A stretch of 37,779 nucleotides of DNA from Trueperaceae bacterium (GCA_035703635.1 DASSXV010000088.1:1-37779); one strand, 5' to 3'; positions 9,050 to 18,942 are shown, counted from the stretch's first letter. Translations and numbers: made by a program. Notes: generated from the sequence alone by a model not told the origin.

Positions 9050-9778
9050 TCACTCCTTCGGCGGCAGCGTCTTGGCGGCGTTCTGAATGGCGGAGCGGAT
9101 GGCGTTCCTGACGGCGTAGTCGACGATGGTGGTGCCCGTGCGGCCCACGCGGAGGTTGGCCATCACGTTGGCGAGGTCGACGGTCACGTGACTTTGGGAC
9201 TCCTCGCTCACGCCGCGCCCGATGGCCATTATCTCGGCGGTGACGGTGTTCACGAAGCGGATCTCCACCGCCACGCGCGCCGTTATCGTTTCGGCCGAAC
9301 CGCCGAAGATGCCGAGGACCTTTCCCCCACCGCCAGTAGTCTGCACGCCGAACTCGGAAACACTGCCGAGCACGAGCAACTCCGCACCCTCGATTCGTCC
9401 GATGGCAGCGGCCGTCTCCGGATTGACGCGGCCCGACTGAGCGAGGTCCTGCTCGAAGAGCACCTTGTCGATCTCGGCGCGCTCCGTAATGCGGAACTGC
9501 TGGCTCTCGTACGCCTCCGAGATAAAGATGTCGGCCACACCTGAACCGAGCTCCTTATAGAACTCGCCGCCATCCTGCGACAGGTCTACTGAGCCAATGC
9601 GAACGCTCCCAGCACCGACCGTGAAGCTGGGCACAGCGATGATCCACCTGTCGCTGCGGTCGCGCGGTTGGAGGGTGAACGCCTCCAGCTGCGGGGCGGC
9701 CACCTGCTCGGATGTGGTGGGGGCACAGGCCGCCAGCAGGAGCAGGGTGCAAATGGCGAACGCAAGTCCTCGCTTCAC
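9050..9778 (-). CDS. CsgG/HfaB family lipoprotein
   Basis: Lipobox LLAAC; FRITERAEIDKVLFEQDL, AAAIGRIEGAELLVLGSVSEFG. Confidence 0.82.
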   Translation of the reverse strand: MKRGLAFAICTLLLLAACAPTTSEQVAAPQLEAFTLQPRDRSDRWIIAVPSFTVGAGSVRIGSVDLSQDGGEFYKELGSGVADIFISEAYESQQFRITERAEIDKVLFEQDLAQSGRVNPETAAAIGRIEGAELLVLGSVSEFGVQTTGGGGKVLGIFGGSAETITARVAVEIRFVNTVTAEIMAIGRGVSEESQSHVTVDLANVMANLRVGRTGTTIVDYAVRNAIRSAIQNAAKTLPPKE

Positions 9779-9841
9779 GGCGGCAATGGTAGCGCGTGCC
9801 CGGCCCGCTCCCGCAGGCAGCTGCCCGCCCCGCGCCTTGGT

Positions 9842-10186
9842 TTAACGCGCCGCGGTCACCACGACCTCGATCAGGACTCCCTGTCCGAGAGTCGCGACCC
9901 CTACCGTTGCGCGGCTGGGTAGTTGGTCGGCCGCGAACCACGCCTTCCAGACTTCATTCATGGCGTCCTTCGCGCCAAAGTCGGAAAGGTAGACGGTGGC
10001 GCTTAGGATCTTGGAGGCGTCGCTGCCGGCCCCAACGAGCACGTTCGCGATCTTGTCGAGGACTTGCTTCGTCTGGCCCGCCATCTGTGCGGACAGGTCG
10101 TCGGCGACGACGCCGGAGAGGTAGAGCGTCGCATCGTGCTTCACCACGCGGTGGAAGTAGCTGCCTTGGCCCGTGCGTTCGATCAT
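9842..10186 (-). CDS. RidA/YjgF family protein (YoaB-like)
   Basis: LYLSGVV, QTKQVLDKI..GSD, MNEVW..W, PSRATVG, LIEVVVTA; AGGAG RBS. Confidence 0.9.
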   Translation of the reverse strand: MIERTGQGSYFHRVVKHDATLYLSGVVADDLSAQMAGQTKQVLDKIANVLVGAGSDASKILSATVYLSDFGAKDAMNEVWKAWFAADQLPSRATVGVATLGQGVLIEVVVTAAR

Positions 10187-10240
10187 CGGATTCTCCTTCT
10201 TGCCCTCCCGCCAGCTCGTGGCGGCGCCGAGGGTACCGGT

Positions 10241-11206
10241 TCAGCCTACCCGAGGCGGGTAGCTGTCCTCCTCGGCCATCGAGACGCCAGCGTCGCGTGC
10301 GCCCACCGCTATCCAAGACGCGGATATGAGGATGACCTGCGAGACGAGGTTGAACCACACCATCAGCCCGATGAACACGGCGAAGGAGGCGAGGAGAGGG
10401 TTACCGCTCGCCCCTATCAGCAACCGGCCACCCAAGATCTTCAATACCGCGAGGCTCGCGGCGCCTAGCAACACGCCACCGACCAGCCGACGGAACGGGA
10501 TGCGAATCCCCGCCAGTACGCGGAAGAGGCTGGCCAGAACGGTGGCGTCGAACAGAAACATCACCGCAAGTCCGAGAGCTCGCGCCGCGAATTCTGTGCC
10601 AGACGACGTTAGGTAGGGGCGGAAGAGGCCGAGCGCCTGCGTGCCAACCGCGGTGAGGCCCGCTGATATCAGCGCGGCCAAGCCGAACCCGACGGCGAGA
10701 CCCAGGTCCTTCAACTTCAACATGAGTAGATGGGTTTGAGGGTTCTCGAGCTGGAAGATAGTGCGGATGGCGGCGCGAGCAGACGCCAACCACCCCAAAG
10801 TGGTCATGAGCAGCCCAACGGATGCGGCCGCGCCCGTCCAGCCCAACACTCGCGCCTCTAGCAGTTCGCCGCGGTCTATCACGCCGTTCCCTGCCCCGCT
10901 CTCGATCAGGCCAGGCACGTTGCGGTTGATGAACTGAAATACGCCATCGCGCAGGGTCGGGTCCACCTTGATCAGGAGCCCACCAACCGCGAACCCGAGC
11001 CACGTCGCCGCGAACATGGCGAACAGCGAGTGAAACGAGAGCCCGGCCGCAAGTAGTGGACCCCTGTTGAGACCGTAGTTTCGGATGACCCGCACCGGGC
11101 GTAAGTGGCGAAACCAATCCACGGCCCGGGTGAGCGGGGAGGCTGCCCTGGCGGCCTCGTCTGCGGCCGCCTGCACAGCGGGGTCGTCATGCGGTGGGCG
11201 GGTCAT
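10241..11206 (-). CDS. YihY/virulence factor BrkB family membrane protein
   Basis: GPLLAAGLSFHSLFAMF, multiple TM helices, LLASFAVFIGLMVWFNL..QVIL. Confidence 0.88.
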   Translation of the reverse strand: MTRPPHDDPAVQAAADEAARAASPLTRAVDWFRHLRPVRVIRNYGLNRGPLLAAGLSFHSLFAMFAATWLGFAVGGLLIKVDPTLRDGVFQFINRNVPGLIESGAGNGVIDRGELLEARVLGWTGAAASVGLLMTTLGWLASARAAIRTIFQLENPQTHLLMLKLKDLGLAVGFGLAALISAGLTAVGTQALGLFRPYLTSSGTEFAARALGLAVMFLFDATVLASLFRVLAGIRIPFRRLVGGVLLGAASLAVLKILGGRLLIGASGNPLLASFAVFIGLMVWFNLVSQVILISASWIAVGARDAGVSMAEEDSYPPRVG

Positions 11207-11418
11207 TGGTTAGGTTACACGCCAACCGCCCGCCGCCAACTGCCTGTGAACGTTGCGCAGCGATTGCGGCGCGCCGGCAACCTAACCCTCACGCGTACCA
11301 CGTGAAACCCAGAACGGCACTAGGATTGAAGCAGATGCAAGAAGCGGGTCGAGCGAGCTCTCTCGCAAGGAACACGCTAAGAAGGCAGCGCAGTGAAGCC
11401 ACAGTATCGAGTGGGACG

Positions 11419-12789
11419 GTGGCGGTTCCCGAGGCCGGGACTGTACTAGAGTCTGGCCTCAACTACGCGGCAATCGACGAGTTGGTAGTCCGACCCATCC
11501 TTCGGGCCCACCCGCCGCGGTGGTGGGTCCTTGGCTTGGCCATCTCTGGCGCTCTCTTACTGCTTTTCCTCGCCGCCGTCATCCGTACTGTCACCGGGGG
11601 CATCGGCGTTTTCGGCGACACCATCCCTTCCGCGTGGGGCTTCCCGATCATCAACTTGGTTTGGTGGATCGGCATCGCTCACGCCGGAACGCTCATCTCG
11701 GCCATCTTGTTGCTTACCCGTCAAGAGTGGCGCAGCTCCATCAACCGGCTTGCCGAGGCGATGACGCTGTTCGCCGTCGTCTGCGCTGGCCTCTACCCCA
11801 TCTTGCACATGGGTAGGCCGTGGCTCTTCTACTGGCTGGCGCCGTACCCAAACACGGTCGGGCTCTTCCCACAGTTCCGTAGCCCTCTCGCGTGGGACTT
11901 CTTCGCCATTCCAACGTACGCCTTCACTTCGCTCTTGTTCTGGTACGTGGGTCTGATCCCGGACCTCGCCACGCTCCGCGACAGGGTCACGTCGAGCGGC
12001 GGCAAGCTCGCCTACGGCCTTCTCGCGCTTGGGTGGTGCGGCTCCGCCAAGCACTGGCAACGGTACCGGCGCTCGTACGTGCTGTTGGCCGCCATCGCCA
12101 CTGCGCTCGTCGTGTCGGTAGAGAGCACCATCAACTTCGACTTTTCGGTTGCGCTCGTGCCGGGTTGGCACAACACCCTCGGGCCGCCATACTTCGTTGC
12201 AGGTGCGATGTTCACTGGCTTCGCGCTCGTGCTCGTGCTGGCCATCCCAGTTCGCAGCGCCTTCGGACTGCAGCAAGTCATCACGCCTACCCATTTGAAC
12301 AACTGCGCGAAACTCATGCTGGCGCTCGGCCTCGTGGTGGTTTACGGGCACGCGACGGAGTTCTTCGGAGCCTGGTATGGCGGGAGTCCAGCCGAGCAGT
12401 TCGTTTCGTTGAGTTGGGTCACTGGACCGTACGCCTTCGCGTTCTGGCTATCCCTCTTGTCGTTCACCGTCATCCAGGCGCTATGGTTCCGCCGTGTGAG
12501 ACTGCGGCCGCTTTACCTGTTCGTGATCTCCCTGGTCGTGCTCGTCGGCATGTGGTTCGACAGCTTCATGATCATCGTAGGGAGCTTGAGCCGCGGTTAC
12601 CTGCCGTCCTCCTGGCACCTCTACCACCCGACGTTCTGGGACTACGCGCTCTTCTCAGGCTCGTTCGGGCTCTTCTTCACTCTGTTCTTGCTGTTCCTGC
12701 GCTTCGTGCCGGTGGTCAACCAGAGCGAGGTCAAGGCGCTAGCCCACGCCAGGGGCATGATCGAGGTTGTGCCGTCCGACGCCACATAG
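11419..12789 (+). CDS. NrfD/PsrC family quinol-interacting membrane subunit, ActC-like (alternative complex III); start uncertain (11335 possible)
   Basis: WGFPIINLVWWIGIAHAGTLISAIL, WRSSINRLAEAMT, HMGRPW, FRSPLAWD, GLIPDLATLRDR, PGWH...PPYFVAGA. Confidence 0.88.
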   Translation: MAVPEAGTVLESGLNYAAIDELVVRPILRAHPPRWWVLGLAISGALLLLFLAAVIRTVTGGIGVFGDTIPSAWGFPIINLVWWIGIAHAGTLISAILLLTRQEWRSSINRLAEAMTLFAVVCAGLYPILHMGRPWLFYWLAPYPNTVGLFPQFRSPLAWDFFAIPTYAFTSLLFWYVGLIPDLATLRDRVTSSGGKLAYGLLALGWCGSAKHWQRYRRSYVLLAAIATALVVSVESTINFDFSVALVPGWHNTLGPPYFVAGAMFTGFALVLVLAIPVRSAFGLQQVITPTHLNNCAKLMLALGLVVVYGHATEFFGAWYGGSPAEQFVSLSWVTGPYAFAFWLSLLSFTVIQALWFRRVRLRPLYLFVISLVVLVGMWFDSFMIIVGSLSRGYLPSSWHLYHPTFWDYALFSGSFGLFFTLFLLFLRFVPVVNQSEVKALAHARGMIEVVPSDAT

Positions 12790-12894
12790 TTGGTAGTTGG
12801 TCCACGGTTCGCGTAAGCGAGTTCACCTTTGGGAGTGCTTCGAAGGCGGCATCATGAGAACGGGCGTGCTGTCACCGCCCCGAGAGGTCAAACC

Positions 12895-13638
12895 ATGCAA
12901 AGGCTCAAGCTACCTGCCGCACTTGCTATCCTCGCCACTCTCGCGCTGATGGGTGCTTGCTCGGCACCAAGTAGCCTGCTCGTCACCTCGGTAGGCACAC
13001 CGCCAAGCCTGGCGGCTCAAGGTGAGCCTTGGGTTGGCTTCAGCGTCGTTGCCTCCGGCGGCGTTGCGCCGTACACGTATAGCCTGCGAGGCACCTGGCC
13101 CTCTGGTCTGACCGTGAACGCGGACGGCGATGTTGACGGTGTTCCCACCGAGTACGGCGTCTTCACCGGCCTGTCTGTGGTGGCGAGAGATGCCCGCGGC
13201 GCTACCGGAACGTACTCGCTGGAAGCGGACCTCAAGGTACGGCCGGCCATTACGCTTGAGGTGGGGCCAAGTTGGTGGAACAGCGCGCCTGCACTCCCAT
13301 TATCCGAGTTGAGCGAAGTGCGGGTTGAATTCACCATGAAGAACACCTCCGGCATGGCGATAACGTTCACAGGCGGAGCCGGTGGTGCCGATCCAGCGAA
13401 TGGGCTCCAAACTTGGTTCTCCCCCGTGGCGACGGTGCCGCTCACGATGCGCATCGACGCCTATCCACAGGGAACCTTCGCGGTCGACGAGACCATGACG
13501 TGGGACGTGACCATAGAGCTTGGCTCCGCCGTCGAAGACTCAATGGGCTTTGCCATCCGGCCACAGAGCGACACCCTTGGAACGATGGGGCCTGACCGTC
13601 TTGAGCTCGTCAGCGCCACCGTCACCGCAACTGACTGA
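12895..13638 (+). CDS. lipoprotein with putative Ig-like (He_PIG-type) domain
   Basis: Lipobox LMGAC; ASGGVAPYTYS..WPSGLTVNADGDVDGVPT..G.F motif; GAGAGG RBS before ATG 12895. Confidence 0.75.
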   Translation: MQRLKLPAALAILATLALMGACSAPSSLLVTSVGTPPSLAAQGEPWVGFSVVASGGVAPYTYSLRGTWPSGLTVNADGDVDGVPTEYGVFTGLSVVARDARGATGTYSLEADLKVRPAITLEVGPSWWNSAPALPLSELSEVRVEFTMKNTSGMAITFTGGAGGADPANGLQTWFSPVATVPLTMRIDAYPQGTFAVDETMTWDVTIELGSAVEDSMGFAIRPQSDTLGTMGPDRLELVSATVTATD

Positions 13639-13664
13639 CGAACGCGCGGGTCGTTGACCCGTCG

Positions 13665-13705
13665 GCCTCCCGCCGGAAATGTTGGTGCCGGACGGGAGGC
13701 TTTTT
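13665..13705 (+). terminator. rho-independent terminator
   Basis: GCCTCCCG-CCGG...CCGG-A-CGGGAGGC hairpin followed by TTTTT. Confidence 0.8.
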
Positions 13706-14672
13706 CGTGGCGGGGGTAGCTTGTGGCTACTTGAACTGGCGCCTTGCTTACTACGAAAGCAGAAGGGAGCACCCGGCAGTATGCGCTCCTACTGTGAGTC
13801 GGTTCGCCTCCGAGCGCGCTTCTTAGGTAGTCGGTCGGCTTGACGAGTAGGAAGGTAGCCGACAACGTTCGACCCCGGACCTCCTTACGCGTTCCCGATT
13901 CCTTACGCACATGGCACAACGAGCTGACCTCACTGGAGACTCGCTGGCGGCTCATTTAGGGTATCCGGGAGCCCAGCCCCTCACAGCTGCTCGAGCGGTT
14001 CGCGAGAAGAGGCTGTCCCTTTCACGCAGGCGCCTCGCCTCCTCTTGGCTCGCCAAGCACACAAAAAACATGCTTCGATCGAGGATTCTCAGGTCACGTA
14101 GAGCGCCTTCCCGATCCTCGTGTGCATGAGTCACGGAACTAACCGTCTTCAAAGCGCATTATGCCCTAATGGAAAGGAGGAAGCGTTAGCGTTCCACATA
14201 CTCAGGTAATTAGGAAAGCGTGTCACTTGCATGTGACGGCAATTCTCGAGTGGTATTGGACGTAAGTGTGCCGATTGCCAGGTTTTCGAGATACATGTCG
14301 GTGAGTACTTCCCGCAGGCTCTGGAGGGAAGAGAGTTGAACGAGGTGGCGGAGTCGGTTGTATGTGGGCGCGGCGCGATCTACTGCGGACCTCGAGCGTT
14401 TCGCAGAGTTCCTTGCCATTGGCCCCGGCTTATTAGCGGTGCGCACTTTAAAGCGCGGACCCGAGGGTTCGACGGTGCCGGGGACGTCGCTGGTTCTACT
14501 TCGGAAGTTGTTGCATCGCCACTACAGCCTACGAGTCGAGTCTTCAGTCGAATCGCCGTTGCTTCCAATGCCTCCTACTCGGGGCGCAGCCGTGCGGTGC
14601 AAGAGCGAACGTGAGGTCGCTGAGGGTCGCGCTTTCCAAGCAATACACCGTGAAGGATTGGACGGAAGAACT

Positions 14673-16544
14673 ATGAATTCCTTTTCCTGGTTTAAACGCC
14701 TTTGTATCGCTGTACTGCTTGGCGCTACCGCGCTAGGCACGACGGCCCTGGCTCAGAACACCGCACCTGCCGACGTCTTGGTGCCGAACTATTCAGAGGT
14801 AACGGATGCCCGCCTGCTAACGCCTGAACCCCAGAACTGGCTAATCTACAAGGGCAACTATAGCCAGCACGCTTACAGTCCGCTAGATCAGATAACTCCG
14901 GATAACGTTTCAAACCTCGTGCCAGTTTGGACCTATTCTACTGGCGTAACTGGGGCCCATGAAGGCGCTCCGATCGTCAACGACGGCATCATGTTCGCTA
15001 CGGGCGCATACACTACGCTCTTCGTCATGGATGCCGCGACTGGCAAACTACTCTGGTCGTATGCGAGGGATTTGCCGCAAGACGTATACCCCATGGTTTG
15101 CTGCGGGTTGGACAATCGCGGCGTTGCACTGTACGGCAATAACGTCTACATCACGACTCTAGACGCCCACCTCCTCGCATTTGACGTGTCAACCGGGAAG
15201 ATGCTGTGGGACGAGACCGTTGCCGACTACACCAAAGGCTACGCGATGACCATGGCGCCATTGGCCGTCAAAGGCAAGATAATGGTTGGCGTTGCCGGTG
15301 GCGAGTATGGTGTTCGCGGCTTTGTCCAGGCTTTTGATGCCAATACTGGCGACAGCGTCTGGCAGTCCTTCACCACGGCCGCCCCTGATCAGCCCGGCGG
15401 CAACACATGGCCCGGCGACACCTACGAAAACGGTGCAGCAGCGCCGTGGGTAACTGGTAGTTACGACCCAGAGACGAACATGACGTACTGGGGCACCTCG
15501 AACGGTGGTCCGTGGATGGGCCAAGTTCGACCAGGCGACAACCTCTACGTTGCATCGGTAGTAGGGATGGACGCCGATACTGGCGAGATCAAGTCCTTCT
15601 ATCAATACTCACCGAATGAAACCTGGGACTACGACGAGACCTCTGACCAGACCCTGGTAAACATCACCCGCGACGGTAAGGAAATCAAGGGCCTAATCCA
15701 CGCCGGGCGCAACGGGCAGTTCTACTTGCTCGACCGCGCGAACACCATTCCCAGCGTCGTGGTTGACGGCCAGGTAGTCTCACCAAGCGCCTCTACCCCT
15801 ACCGACACGAGTGTTGGTGCTACCGCGCCTGACCGCCTTGGTTTCATTTACGGCGAAACGTACATGAAGGCCCAGCCACAAACCATCACAGGCTTTGACG
15901 CCGAGGGCCGCCCAGTCATTCCAGAAGATCACCGCCCGGGCATCAACAAGACCGTAACCGTTTGCCCGAACACGACGGGTGGCGACAACTGGACGGGCCT
16001 GAGCTTCAGTCCAGATACGGGCTACGCGTACATCCCGACGCAAGAATCGTGCAAGACCATCTCGGGCGTGCAGGTTGTCTACCAGCCGGGCCAGCGCTAC
16101 ATCGGCGCCAAGAACCAGCTCCTCCTTCCGGACGGAATCACTGACTACGGCGCCTTGCAGGCCATTGACGTCGCAACAGGCAAAGTAGCCTGGCGCGTGG
16201 ATCAGAAGCTGCCCGTTGTTTCGCCGCCACTTTCGACTCACGGCGGCCTAGTGTTCATCGGGGATGCTGCTAGCCGCGAGTTCAGGGCCTATGACGCGAA
16301 ATCCGGTAAGGAAGTCTGGCACTTCACGACCAACTCTTCGGTAGTTGGTGTGCCGACAAGCTTCGAGGTAGACGGCGTTCAGTACATCGCGGTCGAGTCT
16401 AGCGGCGGGAACACCATGACCAACGTCCTAGCTCAGACTGCCAAACTCGCGAACGTCCCGTTCTCCCCACCGGCGCAGGGCGGCGTCATCTGGGTCTTCG
16501 CGCTCAAAGATCAGGTGGCTGCAGCCCAGGCCGCCGGCCAGTAG
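14673..16544 (+). CDS. PQQ-dependent alcohol dehydrogenase, methanol/ethanol family, candidate lanthanide-dependent
   Basis: Sec signal ending ALA-Q; YSPLDQITPDNV, vicinal CC (VCCGLDNRG), GGEYGVRG, GTSN, WDYD, GRNG, W-motif propeller repeats; no CxxCH. Confidence 0.93.
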   Translation: MNSFSWFKRLCIAVLLGATALGTTALAQNTAPADVLVPNYSEVTDARLLTPEPQNWLIYKGNYSQHAYSPLDQITPDNVSNLVPVWTYSTGVTGAHEGAPIVNDGIMFATGAYTTLFVMDAATGKLLWSYARDLPQDVYPMVCCGLDNRGVALYGNNVYITTLDAHLLAFDVSTGKMLWDETVADYTKGYAMTMAPLAVKGKIMVGVAGGEYGVRGFVQAFDANTGDSVWQSFTTAAPDQPGGNTWPGDTYENGAAAPWVTGSYDPETNMTYWGTSNGGPWMGQVRPGDNLYVASVVGMDADTGEIKSFYQYSPNETWDYDETSDQTLVNITRDGKEIKGLIHAGRNGQFYLLDRANTIPSVVVDGQVVSPSASTPTDTSVGATAPDRLGFIYGETYMKAQPQTITGFDAEGRPVIPEDHRPGINKTVTVCPNTTGGDNWTGLSFSPDTGYAYIPTQESCKTISGVQVVYQPGQRYIGAKNQLLLPDGITDYGALQAIDVATGKVAWRVDQKLPVVSPPLSTHGGLVFIGDAASREFRAYDAKSGKEVWHFTTNSSVVGVPTSFEVDGVQYIAVESSGGNTMTNVLAQTAKLANVPFSPPAQGGVIWVFALKDQVAAAQAAGQ

Positions 16545-16609
16545 CAGAGCGCAACTACCTTGGACAGGTAGCGAACTAGAAGTCGAAGCTAGACAACGAT
16601 CACTCGCAT

Positions 16610-16636
16610 GCGGGCCGGCCTCAGCGGCCGGCCCGC
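16610..16636 (+). other. intergenic GC-rich stem-loop between the PQQ dehydrogenase and the XoxJ-like gene
   Basis: GCGGGCCGGCC-tcagc-GGCCGGCCCGC, a perfect 11-bp stem with no U-tract. Confidence 0.6.
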
Positions 16637-16676
16637 CAACGTTCCGGCCACAGCAATAGGAGGGCGTAAGCCAACG

Positions 16677-17504
16677 ATGGAAGAGCCACGGACACTCTTG
16701 AACTTCGCTGCCGCAGTCCTTGCATTCGCATTTATGCCACTGAGCCCTGGCAAGGCGCAGCGTGTACCGACTTGGGAGCTAATCGTTTGTGCCGCACAAG
16801 ACAATCTTCCGTACTCGAACAGTCAGGAGCAGGGTTTCGAGAATGAGATCATCACCCTCATTTCTCAAGACCTAGACGCCAAGCTGACTTATGTATGGCT
16901 GCCAAAAATCGAGGTCGCAAGCCAGAACCAGATTCTCCTCGAAGAAGGAAGATGCGACTTGTTCCTAGACGTCGGAGATAACTCTGATGATTTCCTGACG
17001 ACCATCCCCTATTTTCAGACAACCTACTACTTCGTATATCGCGAGGATGCTGCTTTTGACATCTCTTCATTCGACGATGAGGCACTTGCCTCGCTGCGCA
17101 TTGGGGTGATAACGGCAAGTCCGCCAGATGAAGCCCTTGGAATCCGCAATCTGGCAAAGAACGTCCGTCACTATTACCCTGGGCCCGCCAGCGCAGAAGA
17201 ACAGCAAATCAAGGACGTCGTGAGTGGAAAACTGGACGTAGCTGTGATCTTTGGACCGTCAGCAGGGAAACTGGCGCTAGAGCGGCCAGACCTCAAAGTC
17301 GTTCCAGTCGCTCCCGAAGTTGACTTGTCCGGGCTCCTCATGGTGTACCAGACCGCAATGGGGCTAAGGCTTGCGGATACCGACCTGCGTGACCTCTTGA
17401 ACAACTCCCTAGCGCGAACATGGGACGAGATCCAGTCGGTTCTTGAGTCCTACAACATCCCGGTACTTCCACTCCCCAAACCGATAATCAGTGTTGGAGG
17501 ATGA
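16677..17504 (+). CDS. MxaJ/XoxJ-like periplasmic substrate-binding protein of quinoprotein dehydrogenase systems
   Basis: LIVCAAQDNLPYSN..GFENEI, GRCDL, TTIPYFQTTYYFVYR, LRIGV..SPP; AGGAGG upstream. Confidence 0.85.
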   Translation: MEEPRTLLNFAAAVLAFAFMPLSPGKAQRVPTWELIVCAAQDNLPYSNSQEQGFENEIITLISQDLDAKLTYVWLPKIEVASQNQILLEEGRCDLFLDVGDNSDDFLTTIPYFQTTYYFVYREDAAFDISSFDDEALASLRIGVITASPPDEALGIRNLAKNVRHYYPGPASAEEQQIKDVVSGKLDVAVIFGPSAGKLALERPDLKVVPVAPEVDLSGLLMVYQTAMGLRLADTDLRDLLNNSLARTWDEIQSVLESYNIPVLPLPKPIISVGG

Positions 17505-18862
17505 CTATGTGGGACTCGAAGATCTCACGGCGCCGCTTCTTGGCGCTGACTGGAACCGCCTTAGCTGGCACGCTATTGGGGCACGCAGTCGGGCGCTCCA
17601 GTGCAGCCCCAGCCGTTACCAAAAATGGAATGCTTCATATCGGCCTTGTTCTGCCAACCACTGGAGACCGCACCCTAGGGGCCTTTGGAAACACCGCGAT
17701 CCTGGGCTCCGCAGCCAATCACGGCGCCATTTTGGCCGGGGACGAGATTCTTGGCCAAGTGGGACCCTCTGGCCGCCAGTTCAAGGCACTGATCTCCTCT
17801 GCGCCAGATACTGACTCGATGCTGCGTGCCGCTCGACGAATGACCAGAGAAGAAGGAGCCTACGCCATCATCGGCGGATTCACCACCGACGATGCTCAAG
17901 CACTCAGTTCACTTGCCGTCGAAGATGATTTCATTTTTCTGAACATCGGCGCCCAAAGCGACTCATTGCGTGGATCGGACTGTAGTCGGAACACCTTCCA
18001 CCTGTCGGACAGCGTTACAGCGTGCCTTGACGCCATGATCACGTTAGGGACGCAGTCACCAGCTAAGCGCTGGTACTTCGTTTACTCGGACGAGCCAGGA
18101 CAGCAAGCGAAGATGACAACCGCGGCGGAACTACTTCACGATCACCGAGACGTCTCGATCGCAGGCAGCGTGAAGGTCGCCCAGAACGTACCCTTCTACT
18201 CAGCTGCATTCACCGAGATTGCTCGGGTAGATCCTGAACTCGTGATCCTACTCCTAACACCGAACGAGCAACTCACGTTTCTTGCCCAGTACGGGGCCTC
18301 GGGGCTCACAGCCAGGACCATGTGCTTCCCGTCGCCCGTTGCGCAGTCTCGGCAGTTCTATGCGGCCTACTTGGCCAACTTGCCAGAAATCAGTTCGGCT
18401 CAACACATAGCCACATGGGATGCGACTCTCGAGAACGAAACTGCTGTGAACCTGAACTCAAGATATCTCGAGCGCTTCGGCCTGGCCATGGACCCCCTCG
18501 CTTGGGCCGCGTACGCGGGAGTAAAGGTCATGGCCGAGGCCGCCGTCAAGGCGGACTCAACAGAAAGTACGGATCTGATTGACTATTTGGAAGACGAAGG
18601 CGTGCAGTTCGACGTCGGCAAGGCTGCGGAGACTTCGTTCCGCCCGTGGGACCACCAAATGCGCCAGCCCCTATACCTGGTGCGAACCCAGAGAGACTTC
18701 AAGGATCGAACGACTCTCCGGGACCTAGCCAAAGTTGAGCGCCAGTTTCCGCAAAGCGATGGCGCGTCCCCTGTCTCAGCCCAACAGCTCGACATGCTGG
18801 GAGTCAATGCTGCGGATTCTGTGTGTAACATGCATACTCCCCAGGCATCTGGTGAACTTTAG
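17501..18862 (+). CDS. Tat-exported ABC-type substrate-binding protein (LivJ-like fold), PQQ-dependent alcohol dehydrogenase system type
   Basis: SRRRFL twin-Arg signal; NIGAQSDSLRGSDCSRNTFH, AWAAYAGVK, SFRPWDHQMRQP; ATGA overlap with the upstream gene. Confidence 0.82.
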   Translation: MTMWDSKISRRRFLALTGTALAGTLLGHAVGRSSAAPAVTKNGMLHIGLVLPTTGDRTLGAFGNTAILGSAANHGAILAGDEILGQVGPSGRQFKALISSAPDTDSMLRAARRMTREEGAYAIIGGFTTDDAQALSSLAVEDDFIFLNIGAQSDSLRGSDCSRNTFHLSDSVTACLDAMITLGTQSPAKRWYFVYSDEPGQQAKMTTAAELLHDHRDVSIAGSVKVAQNVPFYSAAFTEIARVDPELVILLLTPNEQLTFLAQYGASGLTARTMCFPSPVAQSRQFYAAYLANLPEISSAQHIATWDATLENETAVNLNSRYLERFGLAMDPLAWAAYAGVKVMAEAAVKADSTESTDLIDYLEDEGVQFDVGKAAETSFRPWDHQMRQPLYLVRTQRDFKDRTTLRDLAKVERQFPQSDGASPVSAQQLDMLGVNAADSVCNMHTPQASGEL

Positions 18863-18942
18863 GCCCGATCGAGCGGAGACCACCATGGGGCACAGCGGCG
18901 GATGCCGTGACTTCCCAAGTGCAAAGGCGCCATCGATGGCAA

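Noticed and set aside
9050-9778. CsgG-like gene as evidence of a curli system
   Set aside because: No csgA/B/E/F neighbours; stand-alone CsgG/HfaB-family lipoproteins are common.
13882-13908. TCCTTACGC direct repeat (two copies, 18-nt period)
   Set aside because: Only two short copies; not a CRISPR array and too weak to call an operator.
13911-14614. Short ORFs in the long intergenic region (13911-14129, 13952-14152, 14210-14446, 14336-14614)
   Set aside because: No recognisable motifs and atypical composition; they cannot be supported as genes.
14358-14672. 105-aa N-terminal extension of the PQQ dehydrogenase in the ORF track
   Set aside because: The signal peptide begins at ATG 14673; the extension looks like translated non-coding sequence.
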